Part shown: one piece after another, positions 12,322 to 24,451 of the stretch
How positions within the stretch are numbered: position 1 is the first letter of the stretch
Layout of the letters: each line of letters begins with the position of its first letter
NCBI GenBank assembly: GCA_030295235.1
Contig: AP026180.1
Coordinates: 186,001 to 250,000, forward strand
Length of the DNA: 64,000 nucleotides
Source: Fistulifera solaris
Lineage: Eukaryota
Direction: 5' to 3'
The notes under the pieces: generated by a model
Databases searched by the model: none
What the model saw: the letters and a program-made list of their open reading frames with translations, nothing else
What the model was told of the DNA's origin: nothing
Made by a program: the position numbers and the translations under genes

Positions 12322-12872
12322 GGTGAAGAATGGTGCTGAAAGTCAGATGTTGCTGTTTCAGTGGAGGCTTTCGTGGTTTATTGTGCGTCGAAAATGCCAA
12401 AAGAAAAACGATTGAGTGAAGTTGGTCCTCATTCGTGGACGTTTTGGTGCAAGAGTTCTATCGAATGGAGTGTACCCAGACATTGCGAGCCAGCATGACC
12501 ACCGCATTGGTCCTATTTTTTGTCTCGGACTGTCCGTTATAAAAAATAGTATGGGTATCTGTGTACTATCTACTACGATACATATTACGAAAGAAACCAG
12601 TCAACGGTCTCTCGGAGTATAGTTCGCGCACTTCATTCGTATCAGTTCATCGGATGCGTTTTTCACCTTTCGCGCACTTTTCAAACCCAACATCAACAGC
12701 AAAATAAATCGCATTCGAACTCTTCGCACATCTTCGAATTAACTCTTTTCGAAACATCTTTTCTTCTTTTACACAATGTTTGTTAATCTGGAGCCCAAGT
12801 GGATGGGAGTATCCCAATCATGTTTGCGCGAGTGTTCTTCTTCGAGACTCTTGTTGAAGATGTTTCTACATC

Positions 12873-15635
12873 ATGTCTCTCGATAGCCACAGGAAGAGGA
12901 TGACAACAATACGCTTTATTTTTAATACATCTTTGAAGGCCTTCGCCTTCCAGCTGCTTCTGTTAGCGGTGCAAGCGACAGAGGATATTCAAAACGGATC
13001 AACAATTATGAATGCGGAGCAAGAATTACACATTGAGCCCGCGCATGCCGTCCTCTTTCCTTCTTTCACCTTGCTTTTCGGCGTCGTCACCTTTCTGGTT
13101 CTCACTCGCTCTTTCAAGGCATTGCCTTATACGGCAGTCATGTTTCTTTTGGGGACCATTATGGGTATATGGGTAGAACTCGCTGATGACAGCACCGATC
13201 ACATTACGGAAAGCTTACGATTGTGGATTCCCATTGATTCTGAAGTACTGCTCCTCGTCTTTTTACCGGGCCTTATTTTCAAAGATGCCATTAGTTTGAA
13301 TGTTCATCTGTTTGCTATGGCGATCTTGCAGTGTATCATCTTTGCGTTCCCTTTGGTGTTGGCGGGGACCGTACTGACGGCTATCGTCGCTTACTACATT
13401 TTTCCTTACAACTGGTCTTGGGATTTGTGTCTCGCCTTTGGGAGTATTTTGGCGGCCACTGACCCAGTCGCAGTAACTGCATGTAAGTCAGAAGAGCGTT
13501 TGTATGAGCTGTTGGATTTGGAAACAGAATGGCTGACATTCTCTTTTTATTATTTTGACAAAGTGCTTGAGCAAGTCGGAGCACCTCCTCGACTCAAGAT
13601 TCATATCTACGGAGAATCCCTACTCAACGATGGTTCCGCAATCGTCTTCTTTAGCATTTTTTCGGAACGGTTTTTTTACTTGTTGAACGTGGAGGGATTT
13701 GGGGAGGATATTGGATGGGTAGAAGGAACCCTCATGTTTTTGAAGAAGTCACTGGGAGCCGTTGTGATTGGCATTGGTTTTGGTGTAGGCCTTCTTCTGC
13801 TCCTTGGACTTTTGAACCATCGTATGAGTCGGACAGAGAACGTCGTTGAAGTCATGGCCATGGCTGCCGTGGCCTACACGGGATTTTATGTCGCCGACTA
13901 TGTTTGCGACACATCTGGTATTATTGCGACTGTGGTGGGCGGTGTTACTGTCAAATTGTTTGGTCGGGCGCTTGTGAATGATATACGGCTGGTCGACGAT
14001 TTCTGGGCCCTCGTGCAGCAAATCCTAAACACAATTCTATTTGCTTTGGGTGGGGCGGTATGGGGATCAGTGATTACTCGTGGACATCAAGATGGTCTAT
14101 TTACACGGGCGGATTGGGGTTATATGGTACTGCTGTACGTTTTATTTCTCTGCATTCGGGCGTTTTTGTTCATGAGCGCATACCCTACAACCAAGAGAAT
14201 TGGGTTATCGACTAACGTCAAGGAAACGGTGTTTATGGTACACGGCGGACTCCGTGGTTCGGTAGCCATCGCCTTGGCGCTAGCTCTTGATAATCGTGTT
14301 CATGCCGTCGGTGCATCTCAGCAATACATCGATCAGACCACGACTGTATTTTCGATGATCGGAGGAGTCGCTTTTATGACGCTCATTCTCCAAGGCGTGA
14401 CAGCAAGTCCACTTATTCGATATCTCGGCTTAACAAGGTCATCGGAATCCCGAAGGAAGATTTTGAAGGCTTTACAGACTCGGTACAGACTGGCTATGGT
14501 AGATGAGATGGTTCGGTTGCTGACACAAAAGCGATTCCACGAGGTGAATTTCGCTTTAGTCAAACACCATATACCGCTTCTACGTGACTTGACCCGACAA
14601 CAACTTCGAGACTCCGTGGAGAAATTTCGTGACAAGACTCCGAAAGAAGAATACGTTCCACCGTATCTGCAGCGAATTTTACCGTACTTAGCGAAAGATG
14701 ATGAGGAAGAGTCAGAATATCAGAAAAACTATGGCTTCGAAGGCAATGAAGACGTTCTGCACACAGACGCGAACGATCGTGTATCCCAAGGCCATCGCAA
14801 TACGGAAAGGCGCCAACGTCAAAGTAATATACGCCACATGATGGCAGAAGATCGTCTCAACATTAAAGAAATGCGCTTATTGTTCCTATCTATCATGAAA
14901 GCTGCCTACGAGCGTCAGATCAATGATGGCGAGTTGGTAGACAAAGAGTTTCTTACCTTGGCTTTGGATCAAAGTTTGGATTGTGCAGAAGACGACGTGT
15001 CGAATGGAGAATCAATAAATGATTGGAATCACGCCACTGCAATGGATGGTTTTTTGCAAGCTTTGGTAAAACGCTGCATCAACTGCTCCGTTGCGAAGTA
15101 TGTATTTAAAAAGACTAGATTGAAGCTTGGGCACAGTATAAGGCGATTGGATATTGAACGAGCCCTTGCATTCATGGAAGCACATCGATGGGCGCGGGAT
15201 TATATCGAGAAAGAATTTCAGGACTCTGACCGAGAACTGGCTGAGGAAGGAAAGCTCGTCATGTCAGAATCTCGATGCCAATGCGAGAAAGCCTCGGCTG
15301 TTTTCGATCAGTATGGCCGACACGATGTTGCAGATGTCGTTTCGCACAAATTTTGTTCTATTGTTATTAACAGTGCTGTCAGCTGTATAGAGAAGCTGGT
15401 CAGAGCTGGGCTGATGCATGAGACCGAAGCTGAACATGTTGTGACAGAAATGGAGAGTAGCTTGATCAGTGTCCGCACTTGTCGCCTCAAAGATCATCCA
15501 GGAGAAGTGCCCACGGACTTGTATGATGACGAGGAAGAGCAAAAAGGTGTGCACCGGGAACGAGCTACAGGATCTTTAGCTAAGCAGCCCAAAGTAGAGG
15601 ATACCTTGACTCAAGAAGAATCTTTTGTTGAATGA
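12873..15635 (+). CDS. CPA1 Na+/H+ antiporter, SOS1/NhaP-like, copy 1 (intron 13483-13563; start could be ATG 12900)
   Basis: LLVFLPGLIF, ILAATDPVAV, GESLLNDGSAIV and GGLRGSVAIALAL motifs; about 12 TM plus a long cytosolic tail; 81-nt GTAAGT..AAG intron read through by the ORF. Confidence 0.88.
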   Translation: MSLDSHRKRMTTIRFIFNTSLKAFAFQLLLLAVQATEDIQNGSTIMNAEQELHIEPAHAVLFPSFTLLFGVVTFLVLTRSFKALPYTAVMFLLGTIMGIWVELADDSTDHITESLRLWIPIDSEVLLLVFLPGLIFKDAISLNVHLFAMAILQCIIFAFPLVLAGTVLTAIVAYYIFPYNWSWDLCLAFGSILAATDPVAVTACKSEERLYELLDLETEWLTFSFYYFDKVLEQVGAPPRLKIHIYGESLLNDGSAIVFFSIFSERFFYLLNVEGFGEDIGWVEGTLMFLKKSLGAVVIGIGFGVGLLLLLGLLNHRMSRTENVVEVMAMAAVAYTGFYVADYVCDTSGIIATVVGGVTVKLFGRALVNDIRLVDDFWALVQQILNTILFALGGAVWGSVITRGHQDGLFTRADWGYMVLLYVLFLCIRAFLFMSAYPTTKRIGLSTNVKETVFMVHGGLRGSVAIALALALDNRVHAVGASQQYIDQTTTVFSMIGGVAFMTLILQGVTASPLIRYLGLTRSSESRRKILKALQTRYRLAMVDEMVRLLTQKRFHEVNFALVKHHIPLLRDLTRQQLRDSVEKFRDKTPKEEYVPPYLQRILPYLAKDDEEESEYQKNYGFEGNEDVLHTDANDRVSQGHRNTERRQRQSNIRHMMAEDRLNIKEMRLLFLSIMKAAYERQINDGELVDKEFLTLALDQSLDCAEDDVSNGESINDWNHATAMDGFLQALVKRCINCSVAKYVFKKTRLKLGHSIRRLDIERALAFMEAHRWARDYIEKEFQDSDRELAEEGKLVMSESRCQCEKASAVFDQYGRHDVADVVSHKFCSIVINSAVSCIEKLVRAGLMHETEAEHVVTEMESSLISVRTCRLKDHPGEVPTDLYDDEEEQKGVHRERATGSLAKQPKVEDTLTQEESFVE

Positions 15636-16615
15636 ACCTGCTTGACAATTGCACGGTTTAAAGCTGGGTAAAGTACGCGGAGAATCTCGATGATAAAGTG
15701 ATGCTTCCTTTCTGGTCGAAACTAAGTGAAAAACCAAATTTATGTAGCGAATAAGTTCAGCTCTATTGACTCTAAAACCTACCGCGAGAAAGTAGTTGTA
15801 ACTAGCCCTGCTAGAGGTGAACCGCAGGGTCGGCTGGGAAGCAACTGCCCCCAACAGGAGTTTGTGGAAAGTTCTAGCGGTTGAAGTTAGTTGGAGCCAC
15901 ACCTGAAAGGTTCAAAACGGCCAGTTTAGTGGCTAAATCATACTGAAACTGGATCACAGAAGAAAGCGGTGCGAGTATCGAAAGCTTACAGCAGCATCGT
16001 CGCGTCAATTAACAGCCATAGTTACCGGTGGGATAATTACGGGTGCCATCGCAATCCTTTGATTCCTGGTTTTGATCGTTCTCTTCGTAAATGTTGGAGA
16101 GCATTGTACGTAGATCCACGATCCATGTTAAGGAAAAATGACCGAGGCGATGGACCGACGAAGCGGATTGCTGAGAGAGCTGATTGCTGTCGTATAACGT
16201 AGTCTGCCTAAGAAGAGCCGTGAACGATAGCAACGATAGGTGCATCCTAGTATCGCATCAAGTGTCGTTTCGTTTCGTAGACGCGCAGCTTATTTGTCGT
16301 TTTGATATTCTTTAAGTGAGAAATAATACCCATCATGGCGTATTGGTACGCATTATTCATGTTGCGGAAATAAAAGAGACGTACTCCGTAGGTGATTGGC
16401 TTGCACGATAAGCGGATGGACCGAATACAAGACTTCTCTGAACAACGATGCGTGCTCGAAAATCGCAATTTTCTACAAGGCCTACACTCTAAACGCGAAG
16501 GCGGATGAAAAAGGACACAAAATTAGTTCTTCAGGCAGCGATGATAATGGTAGACCTATCTATAAGGAGAGGAGCGAATGAATGATGATTTTTTGCTGCC
16601 GATAATACGCTGGAA

Positions 16616-16715
16616 GTGTGCTTTTCACGTCTCCAGAAAATGTGGGTGTGTGCTTTTTCACGTGTCCAGAAAATGTGGGAGTGTGATTTTTCACTATAAT
16701 TGTCCAGAAAAAAAA
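16616..16715. repeat. Short tandem repeat, about 3 x 33-34 bp, related to the 33.8-34.3 kb minisatellite
   Basis: gtgtgcttttcacgtctccagaaaatgtgg repeated; its reverse complement resembles cccagatttcctggcaacgtgaaaatac. Confidence 0.7.
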
Positions 16716-16857
16716 ATGGATACATACTTTTGTACCTGGTACTTGTACTTTTAGCTTGTAGTTTGCCTCGATCGCCGCCGCCGCTGCGCTCTTGATTCAA
16801 AACGAACCCTTTTGACGACGTTGTTCTTAATAATATACTTGACATGATTGTCTAAAT

Positions 16858-19639
16858 ATGCAACAATCCTCTTTGTTTCTTACCAGAATGCTTTGCTTGA
16901 TGTTGCTCTGGCTGCATACGGCGCAGACAGCCGAAGAGACGCACAACAATTCAACGAGTATACCCGGTGAACCTCACTTGGAGGAAGAAGAAGAACACAT
17001 TGAGTCTGCCTATGCCGTCCTTTTTCCTTCCTTTACGTTAACACTCGGTGTATGCGTTTTCCTACTTCTTTCTCGTTATATACACGCTCTACCGTACACG
17101 GCCGTCATGTTTATTTTGGGAACAATCATGGGGATCGGCGCTGAACTCATTGACAACACCAAAGACCACATCAACGAAAGTATTCGTTTGTGGATTCCTA
17201 TCGACTCGGAAGTTCTTTTGCTCGTATTTCTACCTGGACTTATCTTCAAAGACTCGTTCGGTCTCAATGTACACCTCTTTCGCATGGCCACGACGCAGTG
17301 TTTGATCTTTGCGTTTCCCTTGGTGTTGGCAGGGACGGCATTGACCGCTCTCATTGCCAAGTATATCTTTCCCTACGACTGGTCTCTGGATTTGTGCTTT
17401 ACGTTTGGAAGTATCTTGGCGGCAACCGATCCAGTTGCCGTGGCGGCGTGTAAGTATTCCAAGACCGAAGTGGCGTGTTAAATCGACTCGTTTCTCACAA
17501 AGTCTTCGTTTTCGCACAATTGCTTAGTAATGGAACAAGTCGGAGCGCCTCCTCGACTCAAAATTCATATTTCTGGAGAAGCCTTGTTGAACGATGGAGC
17601 TGCGATTGTCTTTTTCAGTATCTTTTCGAAACGCTTCTACTACTTGTTGAATGTCGAAGGCCTCGGAGAGGACGTTGGTTGGGCCACAGGGATTGCCTTA
17701 TTCTTTCAAAAATCGCTCGGAGGTGTCGCCGTTGGAATATTCTTTGGTCTGGGCTTGCTGTTGTTCCTTCGACTCCTCAATCGTCGGTTCAATCGCGAAG
17801 AAAATGTCGTCGAAGTCATGGGCACTGCCGCTATCGCGTACACCGGATATTATGTTAGTGATTTTGTCTGGGCTACATCCGGTGTTATTTCGACCATGAC
17901 GACAGGGTTGGTTGTGAAATTCTTGGGAAGAGCCTTTATCAATGATCTCAAGCTGTTGGATGATTTTTGGACGTTGATGGAACATATCTTGAATACGGTG
18001 CTGTTCACATTGGGTGGTGTCGTCTGGGGCGCCGTCATTGCCCGCGGAGAGCAAGATGGTGTATTCACAGCCAAAGATTGGGGTTACATGTTGTTGCTTT
18101 ACGTTCTTTTGCATCTTATGCGAGTATTGCAATTCTTGGCCGTATATCCCGTGACCAAACGCATTGGACTGTCGACGAACATGCCAGAAACAGCCTTTCA
18201 AGTCTTTGGTGGACTTCGTGGCGCTGTGGGGATCGCGCTTGCACTGGCACTTGACAATCGGGTCAATGCCGCCGGGGCCGACCCTATCTTTGCCGAACAA
18301 ACAACAACGTTGTTTGCGATGGTTGGTGGCGTCGCCTTTCTCACCTTGGTCATTAATGGTGTGCTGGCTGCGCCACTGGATTCGATACTTAGGCCTGACG
18401 CAGTCTACGGAAGCTCGTGAAAAGATCATAAATGCGTACGAAACTCGTTACAAACTTGCTATGATAGATGAGATGGTGCGATTACTGACACAACCACGAT
18501 TTATAATGGTCAACTTCGCGTTGGTGAAGCATCATGTACCGTTATTGCGAGACCTTACTCGACAACAATTGCGAGATGCAGTCGAAAAGCATCGAGAAAC
18601 AACTCCAGCAGAGGATTATAAGCCGCCGTTTTTGAAGCGCATTTTACCCTATCTACCCGAAGACACCGAAGAAAAATTGTATCAGCAAAAACGAATGCTC
18701 GAACAAACTGAAGACGTCTTGGACACAGAAGCATACGCTCGGAAGTTGAGACACGACCAACGAACTAAGTTACGGCGGCGTCGACGTCAGAGTAGCATGC
18801 GATTTATGATGTCTGGGGAACCTCTTACCGCCATGGAAATGCGTTTGTTGTTCATATCTATCATGAAAGCTGCTTACGATCAGCAAGTTAACGACGGAGA
18901 GTTGGCAGACCAAGAGTTCCTAACGGTCTCATTGCACCAGAGTCTCGATTTTGCCGAAGATGCGGTCAGCAAGGGTCAACCGCTGCAAGACTGGGATTAT
19001 GTCACCTTTGTGGATGGTCCCGTCCAGTCGGCGTATAAACACGTTAAGAAAAGTTCACTGTTGAAAAAGTTTTTCGAGACTGCGAGCTCGGGTTTGAATC
19101 TCAAACACAAAGTAAAGACTTTGGACATCGAACGATCGTTGGCATTTATGGAAGCCCATCGCTGGGCGGCGGATTATTTTCTGAAGGAATTTCAAGGAGT
19201 GGATAAAGAACTCGCCGAGGCTGGCAAGTATGTTCTCATGGAATCTCAAATTCAATGGAAGAAAGCCGCTGCGGTTCTCGAGAAGTACGATGAGAAAGAC
19301 GTTACCGATGTTGTTTCACACAAATTCTGTTCGATTGTTTTGAACAGCGCGGTAAAGTACATCGAAAAGCTGGTAGAAGTCGGTTTGATGAATGAGTCGG
19401 AAGCGGAACACCACGTCGAAGAAATCGAACACCACTTAAAAGACGTTCACACCTGCCGCAACTTTGATCATCCTGGAGAACTTCCTGTAGATTCTTACAA
19501 CGATCAACAAGAGCAGGAAGTATCACAGTTTCATTTGAGGGCGACTCCGAAACGATCACATCACAGTGCCTCCCACTCTATACCAGAGGAAGAAGAGGAG
19601 GCTCATCCTGGAAGCGGGTTCTTTTTAGCATCGGGATGA
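16858..19639 (+). CDS. CPA1 Na+/H+ antiporter, SOS1/NhaP-like, copy 2 (intron 17450-17527; 1-nt frameshift ~18378)
   Basis: Paralogous to copy 1 throughout (ATDPVAV, GEALLNDG, GGLRGAVG); same-position intron; removing one G restores AAPLIRYLGLT. Confidence 0.85.
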
Positions 19640-20217
19640 TCATTATCCCGTGAGCTTTAGGATAGACAATCAATTACCTGGTAATTGTACTGCGAAATGT
19701 ATGTTTCACTTCTACCAATGGCCACAAGTAAATTACTAGAGAGAGCAAACAACCTTGAGTCTCTACGACTAGACCTAAAGAAATAAATTCCCGATAAGCT
19801 AGACTACTCTAGAGATTGAATTCGTTACTCGGCTCTCAATGTATAGTTTTTTTTAAAAAAAAAATGGAACGGACAGCCTTGCAGATTGCAGACGAAGGTT
19901 TGATTGAATGTAGTAAACCTTAACACTCCAGATTACCTGGTAGTGTAGTCTCGCTCTTGTTACTTCTTAGTACTCTTTGTGTCATAAGCATCTCATAAAG
20001 TGTCTTGCCGAATGCGTGACAAAAGCAGCGCATTATTTATCGCATCGCATTTTATTCATGTCTTTCATTTTTCATGTCAGTAAAATCCTATCTAAATGAT
20101 TGCTTTCTAGTTTTGTCAATGTTTCACATCCAATAGTCAAGAAAATCAAGCAAAGAGCAGGAGGGACTTGTTGTGCAGGTGATTCTATGATAGCGGGGCA
20201 TCTTCTTTTAGAAAAGA

Positions 20218-21382
20218 ATGACATCCGACCGACGCGGTCAATGTCAAGATGCTTCGTCATCGGGCCTCGTGAAGAGCCGCAACGCACCGCGTCCCTCGAC
20301 GAATAGCTCACGACAATCTACAACGAAACGCAGTTTCTATGAGCGTCTTTCTCAATGTCTCTCTTCCGTGACGCGCCTCGTACGATATCTCCTTTTGACT
20401 GTTTTCTTATCAACAATGATTTTCTCCCTTTTGAATTATCTTACTAAAAACTCGGAAAACCCTGTTTCCGCATTCGTTCATCCTTCCGATGAATATAGCC
20501 TGCAGAAACAACTTAATTTATGGAAAACGCCAACCGGAGTAGGCGGGCTCGAGTTAATTGTTGAAAATGCACTCGATCAACGATGGACACCCTATTTGGA
20601 AGAATACGTCACGCGCTGGAGTGATGGATACGATTCAATCGTCCCTTTATCGCTACAAATCGACCGCATAGAAATAGATCCGACTTGTAAACCGTCATTG
20701 GGCAAACTGAAAGTGTGCAACGGCAATTATGGAGACACGGGGTGGCGGGGTATCAACATTGCGTTGATCGATGATACCGACCAGTTCATTCGGCACAGCG
20801 TCATTCAATTCAATGATTATTACACGAACGAAGTGGACCTAACTCCCTGGAAGGCTATCAAATACGGGGACTTTTGGGGACAGCTCAACGACGAAAGTCA
20901 GTTGAAATATACGATGTGTCACGAATTGGGGCATGGTTTTGGTTTGCCGCACACGGATGAGTAAGTGCGGTTGCGTTCTTTTTTTTTCCTGGCACGAAGC
21001 TGCGAAGCCTCATGCCGTATTATATAATTGGCAATTCTTTTGAATTGACTACAGAAACATGTGGAATCGCAACACCGGTGAATGTATGGACTTTACGAGA
21101 TTCCCTCGACGCAATCTTTCCCCAGGGCGACGCAATTTCGATCGATTGTATCAACTTTACGGTTCAGTTCCTTTAAAGCGACAAACGAATTTACGTCACC
21201 GCGTTCCTTATCATAGATCGCTTTCCCAAGAAGCGATGGCGGAATATGAAAAGACCATCCAAAATGTGTCGGAGGATCCCTCGCGCATGGAATGTCGCGT
21301 AGATTTGGCAAATGGTAATCATGTGATGATCCATAAGTTGCCAACGTTAGTTGGAATGGCTCCTCTCAAACGTCGACGTTAA
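20218..21382 (+). CDS. Membrane-anchored metzincin zinc peptidase, copy 4 (intron 20961-21054)
   Basis: HELGHGFGLPH; same-position intron joins to NMWNRNTGECMDF; N-terminal TM. Confidence 0.85.
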
Positions 21383-22094
21383 TAGAAAGTCAGCTGCTTC
21401 GGGATCCATGCTAGAAAAATACGACTACGAAATGATTCCAAGCTGCTGCTGGCTGCTAAAATGCGCGGGGATCATCAACTTCCGATCTTTTGTGTAAGCC
21501 TCACGCAACAAGACAATGACGAGTCAAATATCATATTTACTCTCAGCAGGAATCTTTCGGTGGATCCTGCACAGCTCCTTGGTATGCAACAACGAACGCG
21601 GATGCAACCAGCAAATGAGACTGAAAAGCGAGCACTATTCTTTGTGATCTCGAGTTGGTACGACTTTGGCGTTGAATTACCTCAGATGTCTAGGTTGCTT
21701 GTACAAATAGACAGAAAGTGACGGTCGGAGACGAATTGATAGCTGCATCGTTCATTCGCGTGTTCAAGGGATTAGCGAGATGGCTCAATAATTGACGAAG
21801 AATGAAGTGTTGCTAACTCTTCACTACCAGGCTTCGGCTGTAGCCCCCGGTTTTTGGATGGGGGGTTAAAAGAAGATCGCGCATTAAATACTGCCATTCG
21901 ATCAATCCAGCCATCTGACAAACGCGGTTTAACGGCGACTCTTAATATGAAACTTGTCACGATAAGTACGACGAAAAGCATTCATATTACTGGTGCTACT
22001 ACAACTAAATATAAGCGTTTCTCCTTTTGTATTGCTTGTTTCTATTATATATTTGATTTATTTTACTTTTACTTTTGCGTCAGATTGATCTTAT

Positions 22095-23260
22095 AGGCCA
22101 GCTTTGGCTGGCGCAGTCTCAGTCTTTTGACCGAGACTGTGTGGAAGAGAAAACTTACACTTTTTTTATCCATTTTTCGCCTCTTTTGGGCGCCGCCCTT
22201 TGTCGGACGGGGGACGCGTATGCTTTAATGCAATCAAACAACCCTCATTTGGGGTCGGGTAGAGCGAGCCTTCTCGATGCTGGGACTTGGCCCTAACACG
22301 GGGCCGCCACCTCAAGGTATGCCTTCTCAGTCGACTTTTAGTCGCCGGGGTCATCCTTCGGGTGGAATTTCTACCATGCTGCCTTACTATGGAGCTAACC
22401 TCTTCCAGCTGGTTTTCAGCCGGCCCTCCTTTGGCGGGGGTCGGCCGCCAATCTGGGGGACGCCACCGGGATAGGTATGGTCATCGCAATCGGTCGTATC
22501 GGTCCTCTTTGAGGCCGTCGCCGTTGGTGCCATCCGCCTCTGTCGTGGAATTTCCATGGCAACTTTACGGAGTGATTGCATACCAGGTCGTCACCGTGGA
22601 TTTATTGTGCTTGGAGTTTTTCCTCCAGCACGACACCATCTGTGGGTGTCGAGTAAGCTTCTCTCCTCTTACTTCGCAACCTGCCACGCATACGCTGGTA
22701 CCAACACTGAAGTTACCCTCAGGCCGCACTTTGTCCATGGTCTTTGCCATGGCGCTTTGAAAAAGAGAATCAAGGCGAGAGAGCGGTGAAGGCCCCGAGG
22801 CACAGCACATCACTCATTCCTTGAAACAGAGAACTTGAGGCGAGGAGCGGTGAAGGCCTCAGGGCACAGCACATCACTCGACCTCTCTCCAGAGCAAGAG
22901 AAGGACGGAGGCTCAAGGCACACGCGATTTCTCTTGCTCCCATTGTGGCAGGAAGCTACTCCGCAGGGCCCGTGCACTACCCGTCGGTATGAGGCTTCCC
23001 TGCGGACGAAGATCATCATATCATCTGACTGCAATAAGCAAAATAGAAACAACGTGAGCGAGTGACAAGATGCACTGCTCTGTTAGTGACAAATTGCACC
23101 TCGTGTGTGATTTGACACAAGGTGCAATTTGTGAGAAGAAAGAAGGGTGCGACAGGTTGATTGTCAAGTAAGTCGTGCGGAGCGCCGTTTCTTTTCAGCC
23201 GTTTCCGTTTTCGAGACCAGTTTTCGATCGCCGATTTGCATCTCCGACGAAAACGGGATT
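22095..23260. other. Non-coding hairpin-dense island (candidate structured RNA or element remnant)
   Basis: More than a dozen short inverted repeats, relatively GC-rich, no credible ORF. Confidence 0.45.
22781..22879. repeat. 35-bp imperfect direct repeat, 2 copies
   Basis: gagcggtgaaggccccgaggcacagcacatcactc (22781) vs gagcggtgaaggcctcagggcacagcacatcactc (22845). Confidence 0.85.
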
Positions 23261-24040
23261 GATGACTAGAGCAAGGTAGAACCGAAATGCAAATCAAACG
23301 AGTTAATCATTATCATCAAGATCATTATGAATGAGCAAAGACGACGATGAGAACGACAAAAAAGCACTCGCATCATCGTGTTATGTTATTATTTTTCAAG
23401 GTTCGCTACTTTTGTACTATAGCGAAAATTGTAGTCTGCTGCCTACATCGATAAAATACTCTTTCCTATGAAAGGCCTACTCGTGCCGTACCTGGTACCT
23501 GGTACCAGTACCGTACCTACTTGAAACACACGTAGACTTGCGATGCGATGCATCTCATTTTATTCAAATTGAATGTCGATTATTGTTTACTGGCATAAAG
23601 TTTCTGCTCAAAGTGGCGATCATTCTTGTTTCAAAGAGGCCCCGGGCTGGCCCACATCGATAAATATTACGGAGTACCTGCTCCGTACCTTTGGTACCTC
23701 GTACGACGGCTACGCGCCTTTCTCGTAGACCTTCAAAGCATTTAATCTTCCATCTTTCTGCGTTATCGGTCAAAATTGAGATTTTATCATTGCTCTTCAA
23801 CTCCAATCAATGACGATGAGGAAAGTGAAAGTGGCTTTGGTGCGAAGAATGCTTTGGTAGAGTCTATGTTATACGTCATTATTTATTGTAGGTGTTTCGC
23901 CCCGACTGAATCCTGTCATGAGTCGCCAAATTTGTCGCCGCGCAAAACACCATTGACACATCGTTTTGTATTTCAGTGCTTTTATTTGCATCATACCACA
24001 CGGAGCACCTCTGTCGATTTATCAACATCGTTTCTTTATA

Positions 24041-24451
24041 ATGGATCCCAGTCAATTGCAAGCAGTCAGCGCGAGTGAATTGCCAGAAGGCTTCACATTG
24101 GCCGATCCGGGTCCTTCGCAACAACCGCAATCGCAACAGCAGCAACTCGAACAACAAAAGCAGCAACAGAAACAAGCGATACTCGAACAAGCATTGACGT
24201 CCGACGCACTTGCACGCTTACGAAGAATCAAGTTGGTGAAGAATGTTGACTCTCTGGAAAACGGAATCGTTTCCATGGCCATGTCAGGAAAATTACCCGG
24301 TCCTATCACCGAAGGCAAATTAATTGAAATGCTGGAACGCATGAATCCCCAAAATCGTGAAAGCAACAAGGCAGCGAGCACCATTCAAATTCAGCGCAAG
24401 AAATACGCATTTGATTCCGACGATGAGGACGACAATGATGATGATTTATAA
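24041..24451 (+). CDS. PDCD5: Programmed cell death protein 5-like (dsDNA-binding family)
   Basis: AILEQALTSDALARLRRIKLVK...MAMSGKL.GPITEGKLIEMLE and an acidic C-terminus match the PDCD5/Sdd2 pattern. Confidence 0.85.
   Translation: MDPSQLQAVSASELPEGFTLADPGPSQQPQSQQQQLEQQKQQQKQAILEQALTSDALARLRRIKLVKNVDSLENGIVSMAMSGKLPGPITEGKLIEMLERMNPQNRESNKAASTIQIQRKKYAFDSDDEDDNDDDL

Noticed and set aside
17698..18429. 243-aa antisense ORF (likewise 35479-36282 and others)
   Set aside because: Shadow ORFs opposite well-supported genes, with no recognisable motifs.
22285..22305. CCCTAAC as a telomerase RNA template
   Set aside because: Only 7 nt, partly buried in a predicted stem, and I could not identify a pseudoknot or template boundary element.
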